Shown piece after piece: positions 9,655 through 25,087 of a stretch of 32,000 nt of DNA. Source of the DNA: Alkalilimnicola ehrlichii MLHE-1 (GTDB lineage: Bacteria > Pseudomonadota > Gammaproteobacteria > Nitrococcales > Halorhodospiraceae); the NCBI RefSeq assembly GCF_000014785.1, contig NC_008340.1, positions 3,120,001-3,152,000 of the forward strand, in the 5' to 3' direction. The notes beneath the pieces were generated by a model that did not search any database, had not been told where the DNA came from, and saw only the letters and a program-made list of their open reading frames with translations. The translations under genes were made by a program, and so were the position numbers. Position 1 is the first letter of the stretch. Each line of letters begins with the position of its first letter.

Positions 9655-10239
9655 ATGAAACTCGACGACCTGCGCGACCTGGACCCGAACAACCCCGGGG
9701 CATGGCCCGGCTGGGTCCGTGCGGCGGCCATCGCCCTGGTGTTCATTCTTGCGGTGCTCGGCGGCTGGTACTTCGGCTGGTCCGATAAGCTCTCCCAGCT
9801 CGAGCGTGCCGAGGCGCGCGAGCCCGACCTGCTCCGCGAACTCGACCAGAAGAAGCATCGGGCGGCGAACCTGGACGCCTATCGCCGACAGAAGGAGCAG
9901 ATCGAGACCGAACTGGTCGAGATGCTCGGCCGGCTGCCCGGCGACGTGGCGCAACCCAGCCTGGTGGAGGACATCTCGCTGCAGGCCTCCGGGGCGGGCC
10001 TGGAGATCGCCTCCTACAACACCCGCAGCCCGACCCAACGGGAGTTCTACGCCGAACTGCCCGTGGACATGCGCGTCATCGGCACCTACGAGCAGCTGGG
10101 CCAATTTGTCAGCGGCGTCGCCAACATGGACCGCATCGTAACGCTGCACAATCTCACCATCGAGCCGCGGGATGGCAGTGATCGACTGGGCATGAATATG
10201 ACCGCCAGGACCTACTGGTACCTGGATCCGGAGGACTAG
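9655..10239 (+). CDS. pilO: Type IV pilus inner-membrane protein PilO
   Basis: MKLDDLRDLDPNNPGAWPGWVRAAAIALVFILAVLGGWYFGW; YEQLGQFVSGVANMDRIVTLHNLTI; position in operon. Confidence 0.94.
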   Translation: MKLDDLRDLDPNNPGAWPGWVRAAAIALVFILAVLGGWYFGWSDKLSQLERAEAREPDLLRELDQKKHRAANLDAYRRQKEQIETELVEMLGRLPGDVAQPSLVEDISLQASGAGLEIASYNTRSPTQREFYAELPVDMRVIGTYEQLGQFVSGVANMDRIVTLHNLTIEPRDGSDRLGMNMTARTYWYLDPED

Positions 10240-10241
10240 GC

Positions 10242-10787
10242 ATGCAGGGAAGGAACGGGCATCTCCCCTTTACGCTCCGCCGCGGGCTGTTCTTGATGGC
10301 CCTCGCGGCACTGCTGCTGGCGGGTTGCAGCGAGGACATGTCGGACCTGGAGCGGAAGATTTCCGAGCCGGCACCGGAGAGCGAGATCGACCCCATCCCC
10401 AGTTTCGAGGAGGCGGCAGCGGTACGCTTCCCCGCCACGCTGCCCCGCGACCCCTTTCGGCCGCTGGGTTTCGGGCCCGAACGCGAGGAGGAGGTGCTCA
10501 CCGCCGCGGTGATCGACCCGGACCGGCCGCGGGAGCCCCTGGAGCACTTCCAGCGCGACAGCCTGCGGTTCGTCGGCACCCTGGGGCGCGGGGACGTGCG
10601 CCACGCAATGATTCAGGATCCGGAGCAGCGGATCCACCTGGTCACCGTCGGCAACTATCTGGGGCGCGCCTCCGGGCGTATCGAGGAGATCTCGCCCGAG
10701 CGCATTGTGCTGACGGAAAAGGTCAGGGATCGTCACGGTCAGGTGGTGGAGCGCCCTGCGGCACTCAACCTGCAGCCGGCACAATGA
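10242..10787 (+). CDS. pilP: Type IV pilus lipoprotein PilP
   Basis: Lipobox LLLAGCSED; DPFRPLGF; FVGTLGRGDVRHAMIQDPEQRIHLVTVGNYLGRASGRI; position in operon. Confidence 0.94.
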   Translation: MQGRNGHLPFTLRRGLFLMALAALLLAGCSEDMSDLERKISEPAPESEIDPIPSFEEAAAVRFPATLPRDPFRPLGFGPEREEEVLTAAVIDPDRPREPLEHFQRDSLRFVGTLGRGDVRHAMIQDPEQRIHLVTVGNYLGRASGRIEEISPERIVLTEKVRDRHGQVVERPAALNLQPAQ

Positions 10788-10821
10788 ACGGCAGCCCGGG
10801 ATCTTGGAGGGAGTAAGAACA

Positions 10822-12906
10822 ATGTTTGCCAAAGCCATCTCAGGACGAAGCGGCGCCGCACCGGACCGCCTCCAGGGGCTGTTCATCGGGCTACTGGCCC
10901 TCACGGCGCTCGCCTGCGGGCTCACCCCTGTGCAGGCCGGAGCCGCCACCGTCAACCTCACCGACATGGAGTACACCACCGCCCCGGGCAACCGGGTGGA
11001 GCTGATCCTAACGCTGGACGGCGAACCGCCGGAGCCGGGCAGCTTCACCATCAGCAACCCGGCGCGCCTGGTGGTGGACCTGCGCGACACCCGCAACCGG
11101 CTGGCCGAACGGGCGCTGGAGATCGACACCGGCAACGTGCGCCGGGTCACCACCACCGAATCCGGCGACCGCACCCGGTTGGCGATCCAGCTCAGTCGCT
11201 TGGTGGATCACGCCATCCGGGTGGAGGGCAACCAGATCTTCATCACGCTGGACGGGGGCACCGGCGCCGCCGCACGCATCGGGCGCGACCACGAACCGCG
11301 CGAGCGTACCACCCGCAGCCAGATCGAGGACATCGACTTCCGGCGTACCCCGGACGAGGGCGGGCGCATCATCATCGCCCTCAGTGACGGCCGCGCACCG
11401 GTGCGCATGGACGAGCGCTCCGACCGGGTGGTGCTGGAGTTCCCGGGCAGCCGCGTGCCCGAGGAGCTGCGGCGCCGGCTGGATGTCACCGACTTCGCCA
11501 CCCCGGTGCAGATGATCGAGACCCGGCAACAGGACGACCGGGTGCGAATGACAGTGACTGCCCGCGGCCCCTTCCGCACCGCCGGCTATCAGACCGCCGA
11601 CAGCTTCACCCTGGAGATCGACCCGCGCATCGATGACGAGGAGGTGGACGAACCCACCTACACCGGCGACCCCATCACCCTCGATTTCCAGGACGTCGAG
11701 GTGCGGCGGGTGCTGCAGATCCTCGCCGACTTCAACGACATGAATGCGGTGATCAGCGACAGTGTGGACGGCCGCCTGACACTGCGCCTGGTGGAGGTCC
11801 CCTGGGACCACGCCCTGGAGATCATCCTCGAGGCCCAGGGCCTGGACGTCCGTGAGCGCGGCAACGTACTCACCTTCGCCCCCACCGAGGAGCTGGCCGC
11901 CCGCGACCGGGCCCGTGAGGAGGCCCGCCGCACGGTGGACGAGGTCGCCCCGCTCAGCTCGGCCTTCATCCAGGTCAACTACGCCCGCGCCGAGGACATC
12001 GCCAACCTGCTGAAGGGCGACGAGACCAGCCTGCTCTCCGAACGCGGCCAGGTGGCGATCGACGAGCGCACCAACCTGCTCATCGTGCAGGATATGGAGC
12101 GCAACATCGACGACATCCGCAATCTGGTGAACCGGCTGGACATCCCGGTGCAGCAGGTGCTGATCGAGTCGCGCATCGTCATCGCCGACGACGACTTCTC
12201 GCGCGACCTGGGCGTCCGCTTCGGCTACACCGCCACCGGCAGCCTGGGCAGCGAGGGCACCGCCATCGGCGCCCGCCCCACCCCCACGCCCGGCATTGAC
12301 GGCACCGATGACCTGATGGTGGATCTGCCTGCCCCGGCAGAGGCCCCGCGACTCGGCCTGGCCATCGGGCGCATCGGTGACCGCCTGCTCCAGTTGGAGC
12401 TGTCGGCCATGGAGACCGAGGGGCGCGGCGAGGTCATCTCCAGCCCGCGGGTCATCACCGCCAACCAGCGGGAGGCCAACATCCGCCAGGGCGTGGAGAT
12501 CCCCTACCAGGAGGAGACCGCCAGCGGCGCCACCAACGTGGAGTTCAAGGAGGCGGTGCTGGGCCTCACGGTCACCCCGCAGATCACACCGGATGACCGG
12601 GTCATTATGAACCTGGAGGTCTCCAACGACACCGTGGGCGAGGTCTTCGCCGGGGTGCCCAGCATCGACACCCAGTCGGTCACCACCCAGGTCCTGGTGG
12701 ACAACGGCGAGACCGTGGTGCTGGGCGGGGTCTACGAGCGGGCCAGCGGCGAGCAAACCCGGCGCGTGCCCTTCTTCGGGAGCCTGCCGGGGGTGGGCTG
12801 GCTGTTCCGCAACCGCCTGACCTTCGACGAACAGTCCGAGCTGCTCGTCTTCGTCACCCCGCGCATCCTGGACGAATCGCTGAATGCGCGTAACGCGGGG
12901 CAATAA
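10822..12906 (+). CDS. pilQ: Type IV pilus secretin PilQ
   Basis: Shine-Dalgarno GGAGGGAG before ATG 10822. Two AMIN-like regions, ITLDFQDVEVRRVLQILADFNDMNAVISDSVDGRLTLRLVEVPWDHALEIIL, and C-terminal secretin motif VLVDNGETVVLGGVYERASGEQTRRVPFFGSLPGVGWLFRN. Confidence 0.97.
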   Translation: MFAKAISGRSGAAPDRLQGLFIGLLALTALACGLTPVQAGAATVNLTDMEYTTAPGNRVELILTLDGEPPEPGSFTISNPARLVVDLRDTRNRLAERALEIDTGNVRRVTTTESGDRTRLAIQLSRLVDHAIRVEGNQIFITLDGGTGAAARIGRDHEPRERTTRSQIEDIDFRRTPDEGGRIIIALSDGRAPVRMDERSDRVVLEFPGSRVPEELRRRLDVTDFATPVQMIETRQQDDRVRMTVTARGPFRTAGYQTADSFTLEIDPRIDDEEVDEPTYTGDPITLDFQDVEVRRVLQILADFNDMNAVISDSVDGRLTLRLVEVPWDHALEIILEAQGLDVRERGNVLTFAPTEELAARDRAREEARRTVDEVAPLSSAFIQVNYARAEDIANLLKGDETSLLSERGQVAIDERTNLLIVQDMERNIDDIRNLVNRLDIPVQQVLIESRIVIADDDFSRDLGVRFGYTATGSLGSEGTAIGARPTPTPGIDGTDDLMVDLPAPAEAPRLGLAIGRIGDRLLQLELSAMETEGRGEVISSPRVITANQREANIRQGVEIPYQEETASGATNVEFKEAVLGLTVTPQITPDDRVIMNLEVSNDTVGEVFAGVPSIDTQSVTTQVLVDNGETVVLGGVYERASGEQTRRVPFFGSLPGVGWLFRNRLTFDEQSELLVFVTPRILDESLNARNAGQ

Positions 12907-12973
12907 ACGGCCCGAGGGCAGGGACGCCCATCTAACCACACGTGGAAGCCTGAGCAGAAGGGGAGAAGGACCA

Positions 12974-14986
12974 GTGAGCACATGGATCACACGCGCGGCA
13001 GCACTCCTTTTCGTCGCCGCCATGCTCGCGTTGGCGGGCTGTAACAGCAGCAGCACCGGCGGTTTCACCGGCGATCCGGATAACGGCGACGGAAACGGTG
13101 ACAACGGTGACGGGGTCACCGGCGCGGACATCGGCCGGGTGGTGGTGACCGGGTCCAACACCCTGCCGACCGGCAACGACACCCGCCTGCAGCTTGAGGT
13201 GCTCGTCCTGGATGATGCCAACCGGGTCAAGGAAGGGGTGGAAGTCTTCCCCCAGACCGATGATCGCGATCTGTTTTTCGAAGCGGCTGGGACCAGCGGC
13301 TGGCAAACCGACGAATCGGGCCGCGTCCGGCTCTACGTCCGCACCCCCGCAAACCCGGAGAATCGCACCTCGAGCCTGACAGTCCGTGCCGATGGCGAGA
13401 CGTCTCCGCCCTTCCCAGTCCAGGTCACGGGTACGGCATGGTCCCCCATCCAAGCCACCAGCACCGCCACCATCAATGCCTTCGAGACCCTGCAATTGGC
13501 CCTCCGGGACAGCACCGGCGGCACACTCGGGCAACGCCCTGTCAACGCTGAAGGCAGCGGCGACGCCGTAATCGTCGACCCGACCGAGGGCGAAACGGAC
13601 CTCTCCGGAACCTTCAGCGTGGATTACCAGGCGAATGACGTCGGTGACTTTCACGTTCTGGTCAGCAGTTCGGGGGCGCAGTACCAGCACAGCTTCTCCG
13701 TCGACCAGTTCGGCATCGAGTTCATCGAACCCGACGAGAGCGGAGGGCTGTGGCCGGTGGGCACCGACATCGACGTGACGGTGCAGCTCATGGAGGGGAA
13801 CACCCCAATGGAGGGAGAAGAGATCCGCTTCAACGCCTCCCGCGGCAGCCTGGACGGATCCGACCCCCCACAGGTCACCACGACCACCGATGATGACGGC
13901 AAGGCCACGGTGATCATCCGTTCCGATGACGTGGGCCCGACCCGTATCACTGCGAAGGCCCTCGATGTGGGCGTTGAGACCTCAACCACCGCGCAGTTCG
14001 TCACCGACGCCGCCGAGTTCATCGATCTGCAGGCAGTACCCGCCATCGTCCGGCCGCGGGATACTGAAAACGCCAGCGATGCCGGAGACGACAGCGTCAG
14101 CCGTATTGTGGCCAAGGTGACCGATGATGCCGGTCAACCGGTACAGGGTGCTGAAGTCGGGTTCAATCTCAGCGACACCTCAGGCGGTGAGTTGCGATCC
14201 AACACCGCGACCACCGACCTCTTCGGACGCGCCGTTGTGGAATATGTCGCGGGCCGAGTCGGCTCCGGGGATCAGGGAATCACTGTGACCGGTTTCCTGA
14301 CGGAGGACACCGATCTCAGCAACCAGGTAAAACTGACGGCATCCGCCCAGGCCCTTTACATCACCCTGGGCACGGGCAACGAGATCCTCGACATCAACGA
14401 GACCACCTACGCCAAACCCTACACCGCGGTCATCACCGACGCCTCCGGCCAACCGGTGGCCAACACCGAGGTCAGTCTGTCGGTCTGGTCCACCGATTAC
14501 CGCCGTGGTTTCCTGGTCTGGAGCGATGACGCCCAGCGCTGGGTGATTCACGACAGTGCCGTGCAATGCGCCTCCGAGGATCAGACCCGGGGCGGCAACA
14601 TCAACCTGGAGAATGACGTCTCGGAGACCGGCACCCTGCTCCCGGGCAACGTCGCCACACTGGCGCCGGCCGACGGCACCGAACTCTCCATCACCACGGA
14701 TGAGAGCGGCTTCGCCGACTTCGAAGTTCGCTACCCGAAGGACCACGCCCAATGGGTGCGGGTGGAGTTGCGGGCTACGGTGGGTGGTGAAGTCGCCGGC
14801 ACGGAGGGCGAGCGCCTCCGCAGTTTCTGGCTGCCGGTGGCCGACGATGACGTCAACGAACTGGATACCCTGCCGCCTGGCTACAACAGCCCCTTCGGCA
14901 CCGGCCGGCCCGGGGAGGCCGACCGCTGCACCGCCTTCCCGGAGGACTACGACTGGCAGGAGAGCTTCCGGGACGAGTTCCTGTAA
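12974..14986 (+). CDS. Large predicted lipoprotein with Ig-like (Big_1/invasin-like) repeats
   Basis: GTG start at 12974 gives MSTWITRAAALLFVAAMLALAGC (lipobox, Cys at 13040-13042), then the D/G/N-rich linker GDPDNGDGNGDNGDGVTG. Repeated modules follow, such as RIVAKVTDDAGQPVQGAEVGFNLSDTSGGELRSNTATTDLFGRAVVEYVAG and YTAVITDASGQPVANTEVSLSV. Confidence 0.85.
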   Translation: MSTWITRAAALLFVAAMLALAGCNSSSTGGFTGDPDNGDGNGDNGDGVTGADIGRVVVTGSNTLPTGNDTRLQLEVLVLDDANRVKEGVEVFPQTDDRDLFFEAAGTSGWQTDESGRVRLYVRTPANPENRTSSLTVRADGETSPPFPVQVTGTAWSPIQATSTATINAFETLQLALRDSTGGTLGQRPVNAEGSGDAVIVDPTEGETDLSGTFSVDYQANDVGDFHVLVSSSGAQYQHSFSVDQFGIEFIEPDESGGLWPVGTDIDVTVQLMEGNTPMEGEEIRFNASRGSLDGSDPPQVTTTTDDDGKATVIIRSDDVGPTRITAKALDVGVETSTTAQFVTDAAEFIDLQAVPAIVRPRDTENASDAGDDSVSRIVAKVTDDAGQPVQGAEVGFNLSDTSGGELRSNTATTDLFGRAVVEYVAGRVGSGDQGITVTGFLTEDTDLSNQVKLTASAQALYITLGTGNEILDINETTYAKPYTAVITDASGQPVANTEVSLSVWSTDYRRGFLVWSDDAQRWVIHDSAVQCASEDQTRGGNINLENDVSETGTLLPGNVATLAPADGTELSITTDESGFADFEVRYPKDHAQWVRVELRATVGGEVAGTEGERLRSFWLPVADDDVNELDTLPPGYNSPFGTGRPGEADRCTAFPEDYDWQESFRDEFL

Positions 14987-15030
14987 CGGTAACCGCAACC
15001 CGCCCGCCGGCCAGGCTGGCGGATTGGACA

Positions 15031-15065
15031 GGGGCGCCGGATCGATTCCGGCGCCCCTGTTTGGT
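15031..15065 (+). terminator. Rho-independent-like terminator after the Ig-like lipoprotein gene
   Basis: Perfect 12-bp stem CAGGGGCGCCGG (15031-15042) / CCGGCGCCCCTG (15050-15061), followed by a TTTGGTT tract. Confidence 0.8.
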
Positions 15066-15147
15066 TCGGCCCCAGCCATAGCCCCGCGCCTCTGATGCGC
15101 CCGTTTCTGGTATCGTGTCCCCGATACCCACGGAGCGCATGCGTACC

Positions 15148-15687
15148 ATGAACCATCCACCCCGCATCTACCTCATCGGCCCCATGGGCGCCGGCAAGAG
15201 CACGGTGGGCCGCCGGCTGGCGGACGCACTGGGCCTGCCCTTCGAGGACAGCGACCGCTACATCGTCGAGCGGACCGGCGTGGACATCCCCACGATCTTC
15301 GACATCGAGGGCGAGGCGGGCTTTCGCAAGCGTGAGCACGACGCCATCCGCACCCTCACCGAGCGGGAGGAACTGGTCCTCGCCACCGGTGGCGGTGTGG
15401 TGACCACCCCCGCCAACCGCGACCTGCTGGGTGCCCGCGGCATCGTGGTCTACCTTTACACCCCGGTGGAGACCCAACTGGCGCGCACCGGCAAGGACCG
15501 CAACCGCCCGCTGCTGCAGACCGAGGACCCGCGGGCCCGCCTGGAGGCACTGATGGTCGAGCGCGACCCGCTCTACCGGGCGATCGCCGACATCATCATC
15601 GATACCCGCGGCGGCACGGTGAAATCGGTGGCGCGGCGGGTGCTCAAGGCGCTGGAGGAGCCCGCCGGCCAGGAGACCCAACCATGA
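15148..15687 (+). CDS. aroK: Shikimate kinase
   Basis: [69 protein letters not shown] at 15139 is an alternative start. Confidence 0.96.
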   Translation: MNHPPRIYLIGPMGAGKSTVGRRLADALGLPFEDSDRYIVERTGVDIPTIFDIEGEAGFRKREHDAIRTLTEREELVLATGGGVVTTPANRDLLGARGIVVYLYTPVETQLARTGKDRNRPLLQTEDPRARLEALMVERDPLYRAIADIIIDTRGGTVKSVARRVLKALEEPAGQETQP

Positions 15688-16778
15688 CCGAGACCACCAC
15701 CCTGCAGGTGGATCTGGGCAGCCGCAGCTACCCGATCCACATCGGCACCGGCCTGCTCGACCAGCCCCGGCTGATCACCGACCACCTGCCCGCCCGGCGG
15801 GTGATGGTGGTGACCAACGAAACCGTCGCCCCCCATTACCTCGACCGGGTGTTGGCCAGCCTCGATGGCCGCGAGGCCCACAGCGTGGTGCTCCCCGACG
15901 GCGAGCGCTTCAAGAGCCTGGAGACCGCCATGCGCGTCTATGACGCGCTGATCGAGCACCGCTTCGACCGCGGCTCCGCCATCGTCGCCCTGGGCGGCGG
16001 CGTGATCGGCGATCTCGCCGGCTTCGTGGCCGCCACCTGGCAGCGGGGGGTGCGCTACCTCCAGGTGCCCACCACCCTGTTGGCGCAGGTGGACTCCTCA
16101 GTGGGCGGCAAGACCGCGGTCAACCACCCGGGCGGCAAGAACATGATCGGCGCCTTTCACCAGCCCCGCTGCGTGATCGCCGACATGGACACCCTGGACA
16201 CCCTCCCCGACCGGGAGCTGCGCGCCGGGCTGGCCGAGGTGATCAAGTACGGGCTGATCCGCGACGCCGACTTTCTGACCTGGCTGGAGGCGAACATGCC
16301 GGCCCTGCTGGCTCGCGACAAGGCGGCGCTGGCCGAGGCGGTGGAGCGCTCCTGCCGGCACAAGGCCGCGGTGGTGGCCGAGGACGAGCTGGAGGCGGGG
16401 CAGCGGGCCCTGCTCAACCTGGGCCATACCTTCGGCCACGCCATCGAGACCCATACCGGCTATGGGGCCTGGCTGCACGGTGAGGCGGTGGCCGCCGGGA
16501 TGGTGATGGCCGGCTGGATGTCCATGCGCCAGGGCTGGCTGAGCGAGGCCGATTTCCACCGCCTGGAGGCCATCCTCTCCACCGCCGGCCTGCCCGTGGC
16601 CCCGCCGGCGATGGAGAGTGAGCGCTTCCGCGAATTGATGGCCGTGGACAAGAAGGTGCAGGACGGCCGGCTGCGGCTGGTGCTGTTGCGGGCGCTGGGC
16701 GACGCCGTGGTCACCGATGCCTTCGACCCCGCCGCGCTGGAGGCCACCCTGGACCACTACTGCGCCAGCCCCGAATAG
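15684..16778 (+). CDS. aroB: 3-dehydroquinate synthase
   Basis: [78 protein letters not shown]; overlaps the aroK stop by 4 bp. Confidence 0.98.
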   Translation: MTETTTLQVDLGSRSYPIHIGTGLLDQPRLITDHLPARRVMVVTNETVAPHYLDRVLASLDGREAHSVVLPDGERFKSLETAMRVYDALIEHRFDRGSAIVALGGGVIGDLAGFVAATWQRGVRYLQVPTTLLAQVDSSVGGKTAVNHPGGKNMIGAFHQPRCVIADMDTLDTLPDRELRAGLAEVIKYGLIRDADFLTWLEANMPALLARDKAALAEAVERSCRHKAAVVAEDELEAGQRALLNLGHTFGHAIETHTGYGAWLHGEAVAAGMVMAGWMSMRQGWLSEADFHRLEAILSTAGLPVAPPAMESERFRELMAVDKKVQDGRLRLVLLRALGDAVVTDAFDPAALEATLDHYCASPE

Positions 16779-16839
16779 CAACGCCAATGCCGGGCGCTCT
16801 GCCCGGCACGCACCACCCCCTCCCCCACCTGCCCGGCAG

Positions 16840-16860
16840 ATGCGACATTTTGTGTCGCAT
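16840..16860. promoter_or_regulatory. Perfect inverted repeat, candidate operator upstream of gltBD
   Basis: ATGCGACA-TTTTG-TGTCGCAT, 8-bp arms and 5-nt spacer, located just upstream of the best sigma70 promoter in the aroB-gltB gap. Confidence 0.5.
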
Positions 16861-16885
16861 GTAGGCAACTATCGAGCATAAGACC

Positions 16886-16914
16886 TTGGCAAATACACCG
16901 ACTCACGATATATT
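16886..16914 (+). promoter_or_regulatory. Candidate sigma70 promoter for gltBD
   Basis: TTGGCA (16886-16891), exactly 17 nt, TATATT (16909-16914). Confidence 0.6.
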
Positions 16915-17087
16915 GTCCGGCCGCTTTTAGATAGGTTGCCGATGATGCACTGCAGCAACGAGCCCTACTTCTAATAGAGCACCTCCCCGAGGCCGCGCCG
17001 AGACGCTGGCGCACCCGCCTCTATACTGCTTAGACGGCAGTGTCACTGGCACACCCAAGCCCCCAGAAACCGCACCAGAGGTCTCCC

Positions 17088-23031
<5,944 letters not shown>

Positions 23032-23052
23032 CCTCCCGGGGGGCACATGCAC

Positions 23053-23221
23053 CGTCACTGGGGGACTGGGCCACCCTCCGCCGTCACTGGGGGGCCGGCC
23101 CACCCCCACCGCCACCACGAGCGCGGGCCCGCCGCTACGTCACTGCGGGCGCGAACCCGCCCCACCGTCACCGCGGGCGTGAACCCGCCCCACCGTCACT
23201 GCGGGCGTGAACCCGCCCCAC
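23053..23221. repeat. 28-bp tandem repeat array, 3 good copies plus degenerate upstream copies
   Basis: Good copies CGTCACTGCGGGCGTGAACCCGCCCCAC at 23138-23165, 23166-23193 and 23194-23221 (1-2 differences between them). Degenerate units begin at 23053, 23082 and 23110, almost in phase. Confidence 0.85.
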
Positions 23222-23327
23222 CGTCACTGCGAGGAGCGAAGCGACGTGGCAGTCTACCGCCCTGGATCGCCACGGGCCTTCGGCCCTCGCGATGACGAGG
23301 GGAAAGCCTTCGGCCCTCGCGATGACG
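23222..23327. repeat. REP/BIME-like imperfect palindromic element with internal hairpins and a 22-bp direct repeat
   Basis: CGTCACTGCGAGG (23222-23234) ... CCTCGCGATGACG (23285-23297), complementary at 11 of 13 positions. Inner stem CGTGGC/GCCACG (23245-23250 / 23269-23274). Hairpin GGGCC-TTC-GGCCC (23274-23286). GCCTTCGGCCCTCGCGATGACG is repeated exactly at 23276-23297 and 23306-23327. Confidence 0.8.
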
Positions 23328-23467
23328 GGGGTGCCCCGTTCCTCGCTGATTCGCGCCCGCGCAGCGGGGGGTCGGGCTCGCGATGACGGGGTTCGGGGCC
23401 GCTGCGCGTCCACACGCCCTGGCTCGAGATGGTATCCTCTCCCCAGATCCCCAACGGGAGTTTCCAG

Positions 23468-24565
23468 GTGTCCGTACTCAAGAACGACAGACTGCTACGC
23501 GCCCTGCAGCGCCAGCCGGTGGACCGCACGCCCGTCTGGATGATGCGCCAGGCCGGTCGCTATCTGCCCGAATACCGCGAGCTGCGCGCCCAGGCCGGCA
23601 GCTTCATGAAACTGGCCGGCACCCCGGAGCTGGCCTGCGAGGTCACCTTGCAGCCACTGCGCCGTTTTCCGCTGGATGCGGCCATCCTGTTCTCGGACAT
23701 CCTCACCATCCCCGATGCCATGGGCCTGGGGTTGCGCTTCCTGCCGGGCGAAGGGCCGGTGTTTGATCACCCGGTACGCAGTGCCGCCGACATCGAACAC
23801 CTGCCGGTCCCCGACCCGGAGGATGAACTGCGCTACGTGACGGACGCCGTGCGCCTGATCCGCCGGGAGCTGGACGGCGAGGTCCCGCTGATCGGCTTTG
23901 CCGGCAGCCCCTGGACGCTGGCCACCTACATGATCGAGGGCGGCAGCTCCAAGGACTACCGCCGCTGCAAGGCCATGCTCTACGACGAGCCGGAACTGCT
24001 GCATCGGTTGCTGGACAAGGTGGCCCAGGCCACCACGGCCTATCTCAACGCCCAGATCGCCGCCGGCGCCCAGGCCATCATGATCTTCGACTCCTGGGGC
24101 GGAGCGCTGGCCCACGATGCCTACCGACTGTTCTCACTGGCCTATATGGAGCGCATCGTACGCAACCTCACCCGGGAGGCGGACGGCCGCCACGTGCCGG
24201 TGGTGCTGTTCACCAAGGGTGGTGGCCAGTGGCTGGAGGCCATGGCCGCCACCGGCTGCGACGGCCTCGGCCTGGACTGGACCACGAACCTGGGCCAGGC
24301 CCGAGACCGTGTCGGTGATCGTGTCGCCCTGCAAGGCAACCTGGACCCCTGCGTGCTCTACGCCTCACCCGAGACCATCCGCAACGAGGTGGCGCGGGTG
24401 TTGGCCGACTACGGCCCGGGTCCGGGCCATGTCTTCAACCTTGGCCACGGCATTCATCCGGCCATCCCGCCCGAGCATGCCGGCGCCATGATCGACGCCG
24501 TCCACCAACTCAGTCCGCGATACCATGAGCAGCAGGCGGAGGCGAGCAGCCTCACCCAGGGCTAG
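23468..24565 (+). CDS. hemE: Uroporphyrinogen decarboxylase
   Basis: Probable GTG start at 23468: [40 protein letters not shown]; [25 protein letters not shown]; [22 protein letters not shown]; FNLGHGIHP. Confidence 0.98.
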   Translation: MSVLKNDRLLRALQRQPVDRTPVWMMRQAGRYLPEYRELRAQAGSFMKLAGTPELACEVTLQPLRRFPLDAAILFSDILTIPDAMGLGLRFLPGEGPVFDHPVRSAADIEHLPVPDPEDELRYVTDAVRLIRRELDGEVPLIGFAGSPWTLATYMIEGGSSKDYRRCKAMLYDEPELLHRLLDKVAQATTAYLNAQIAAGAQAIMIFDSWGGALAHDAYRLFSLAYMERIVRNLTREADGRHVPVVLFTKGGGQWLEAMAATGCDGLGLDWTTNLGQARDRVGDRVALQGNLDPCVLYASPETIRNEVARVLADYGPGPGHVFNLGHGIHPAIPPEHAGAMIDAVHQLSPRYHEQQAEASSLTQG

Positions 24566-25031
24566 GAAACCCCGGATACGCACCCTCTCCGCCGGCGTGA
24601 TCGTGCTTCGCCGCCAGCACGACGGCTGGCGGGTGCTCATGCTGCGCGCGTGGCAGTACTGGGACTTCCCCAAGGGCAAGGTGGAGCCCGGCGAGACCCC
24701 CTTCGAGGGCGCCCTGCGCGAGGTGGAGGAAGAGACCGGAATCACCTCCCTCGAGTTCGCCTGGGGCCTGGGCTTCACCGAGACCGGCCCCTACGCCCGC
24801 GGCAAGGTGGCCCGCTATTACATCGCGCGGACCGAGACCCGCCAGGTGAAGCTGGGCATCAACCCCGATCTCGGCCGACCGGAGCACCATGAGTTCCGCT
24901 GGCTACCCTTGAACAAGGCCCGCGCCCTGGCCGCTCCCCGTGTCTGCCGGGTCCTCGATTGGGCGGAAAAGGTCCTGGAGCACGGCCACACCCCCCCGGT
25001 GGAGGACACCGACGCCGAACGCCGGCGGTGA
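24525..25031 (+). CDS. NUDIX hydrolase
   Basis: [10 protein letters not shown]...[28 protein letters not shown] matches the Nudix box pattern GX5EX7REUXEEXGU. Confidence 0.92.
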   Translation: MSSRRRRAASPRARKPRIRTLSAGVIVLRRQHDGWRVLMLRAWQYWDFPKGKVEPGETPFEGALREVEEETGITSLEFAWGLGFTETGPYARGKVARYYIARTETRQVKLGINPDLGRPEHHEFRWLPLNKARALAAPRVCRVLDWAEKVLEHGHTPPVEDTDAERRR

Positions 25032-25087
25032 TCCCCGGTCCAACGCTCCGGCACCATCGGATTCCACCCGGGCAGCGAGGAGGTTGC

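Noticed and set aside
11008-13230. 740-aa ORF antisense to pilQ and the lipoprotein gene start
   Set aside because: It spans the pilQ-lipoprotein gap and has no recognisable domain; pilQ secretin motifs define the coding strand.
23138-23231. Possible CRISPR array
   Set aside because: The 28-bp units are contiguous with no intervening unique spacers, and there are no cas genes.
23047-23529. Short ORFs over the gltD-hemE intergenic repeats (23047..23295, 23168..23413, 23254..23529, 23292..23543)
   Set aside because: They are translations of tandem and palindromic repeats (RAKTRPTVTAGVNPPHRHCG) with no ribosome-binding context.
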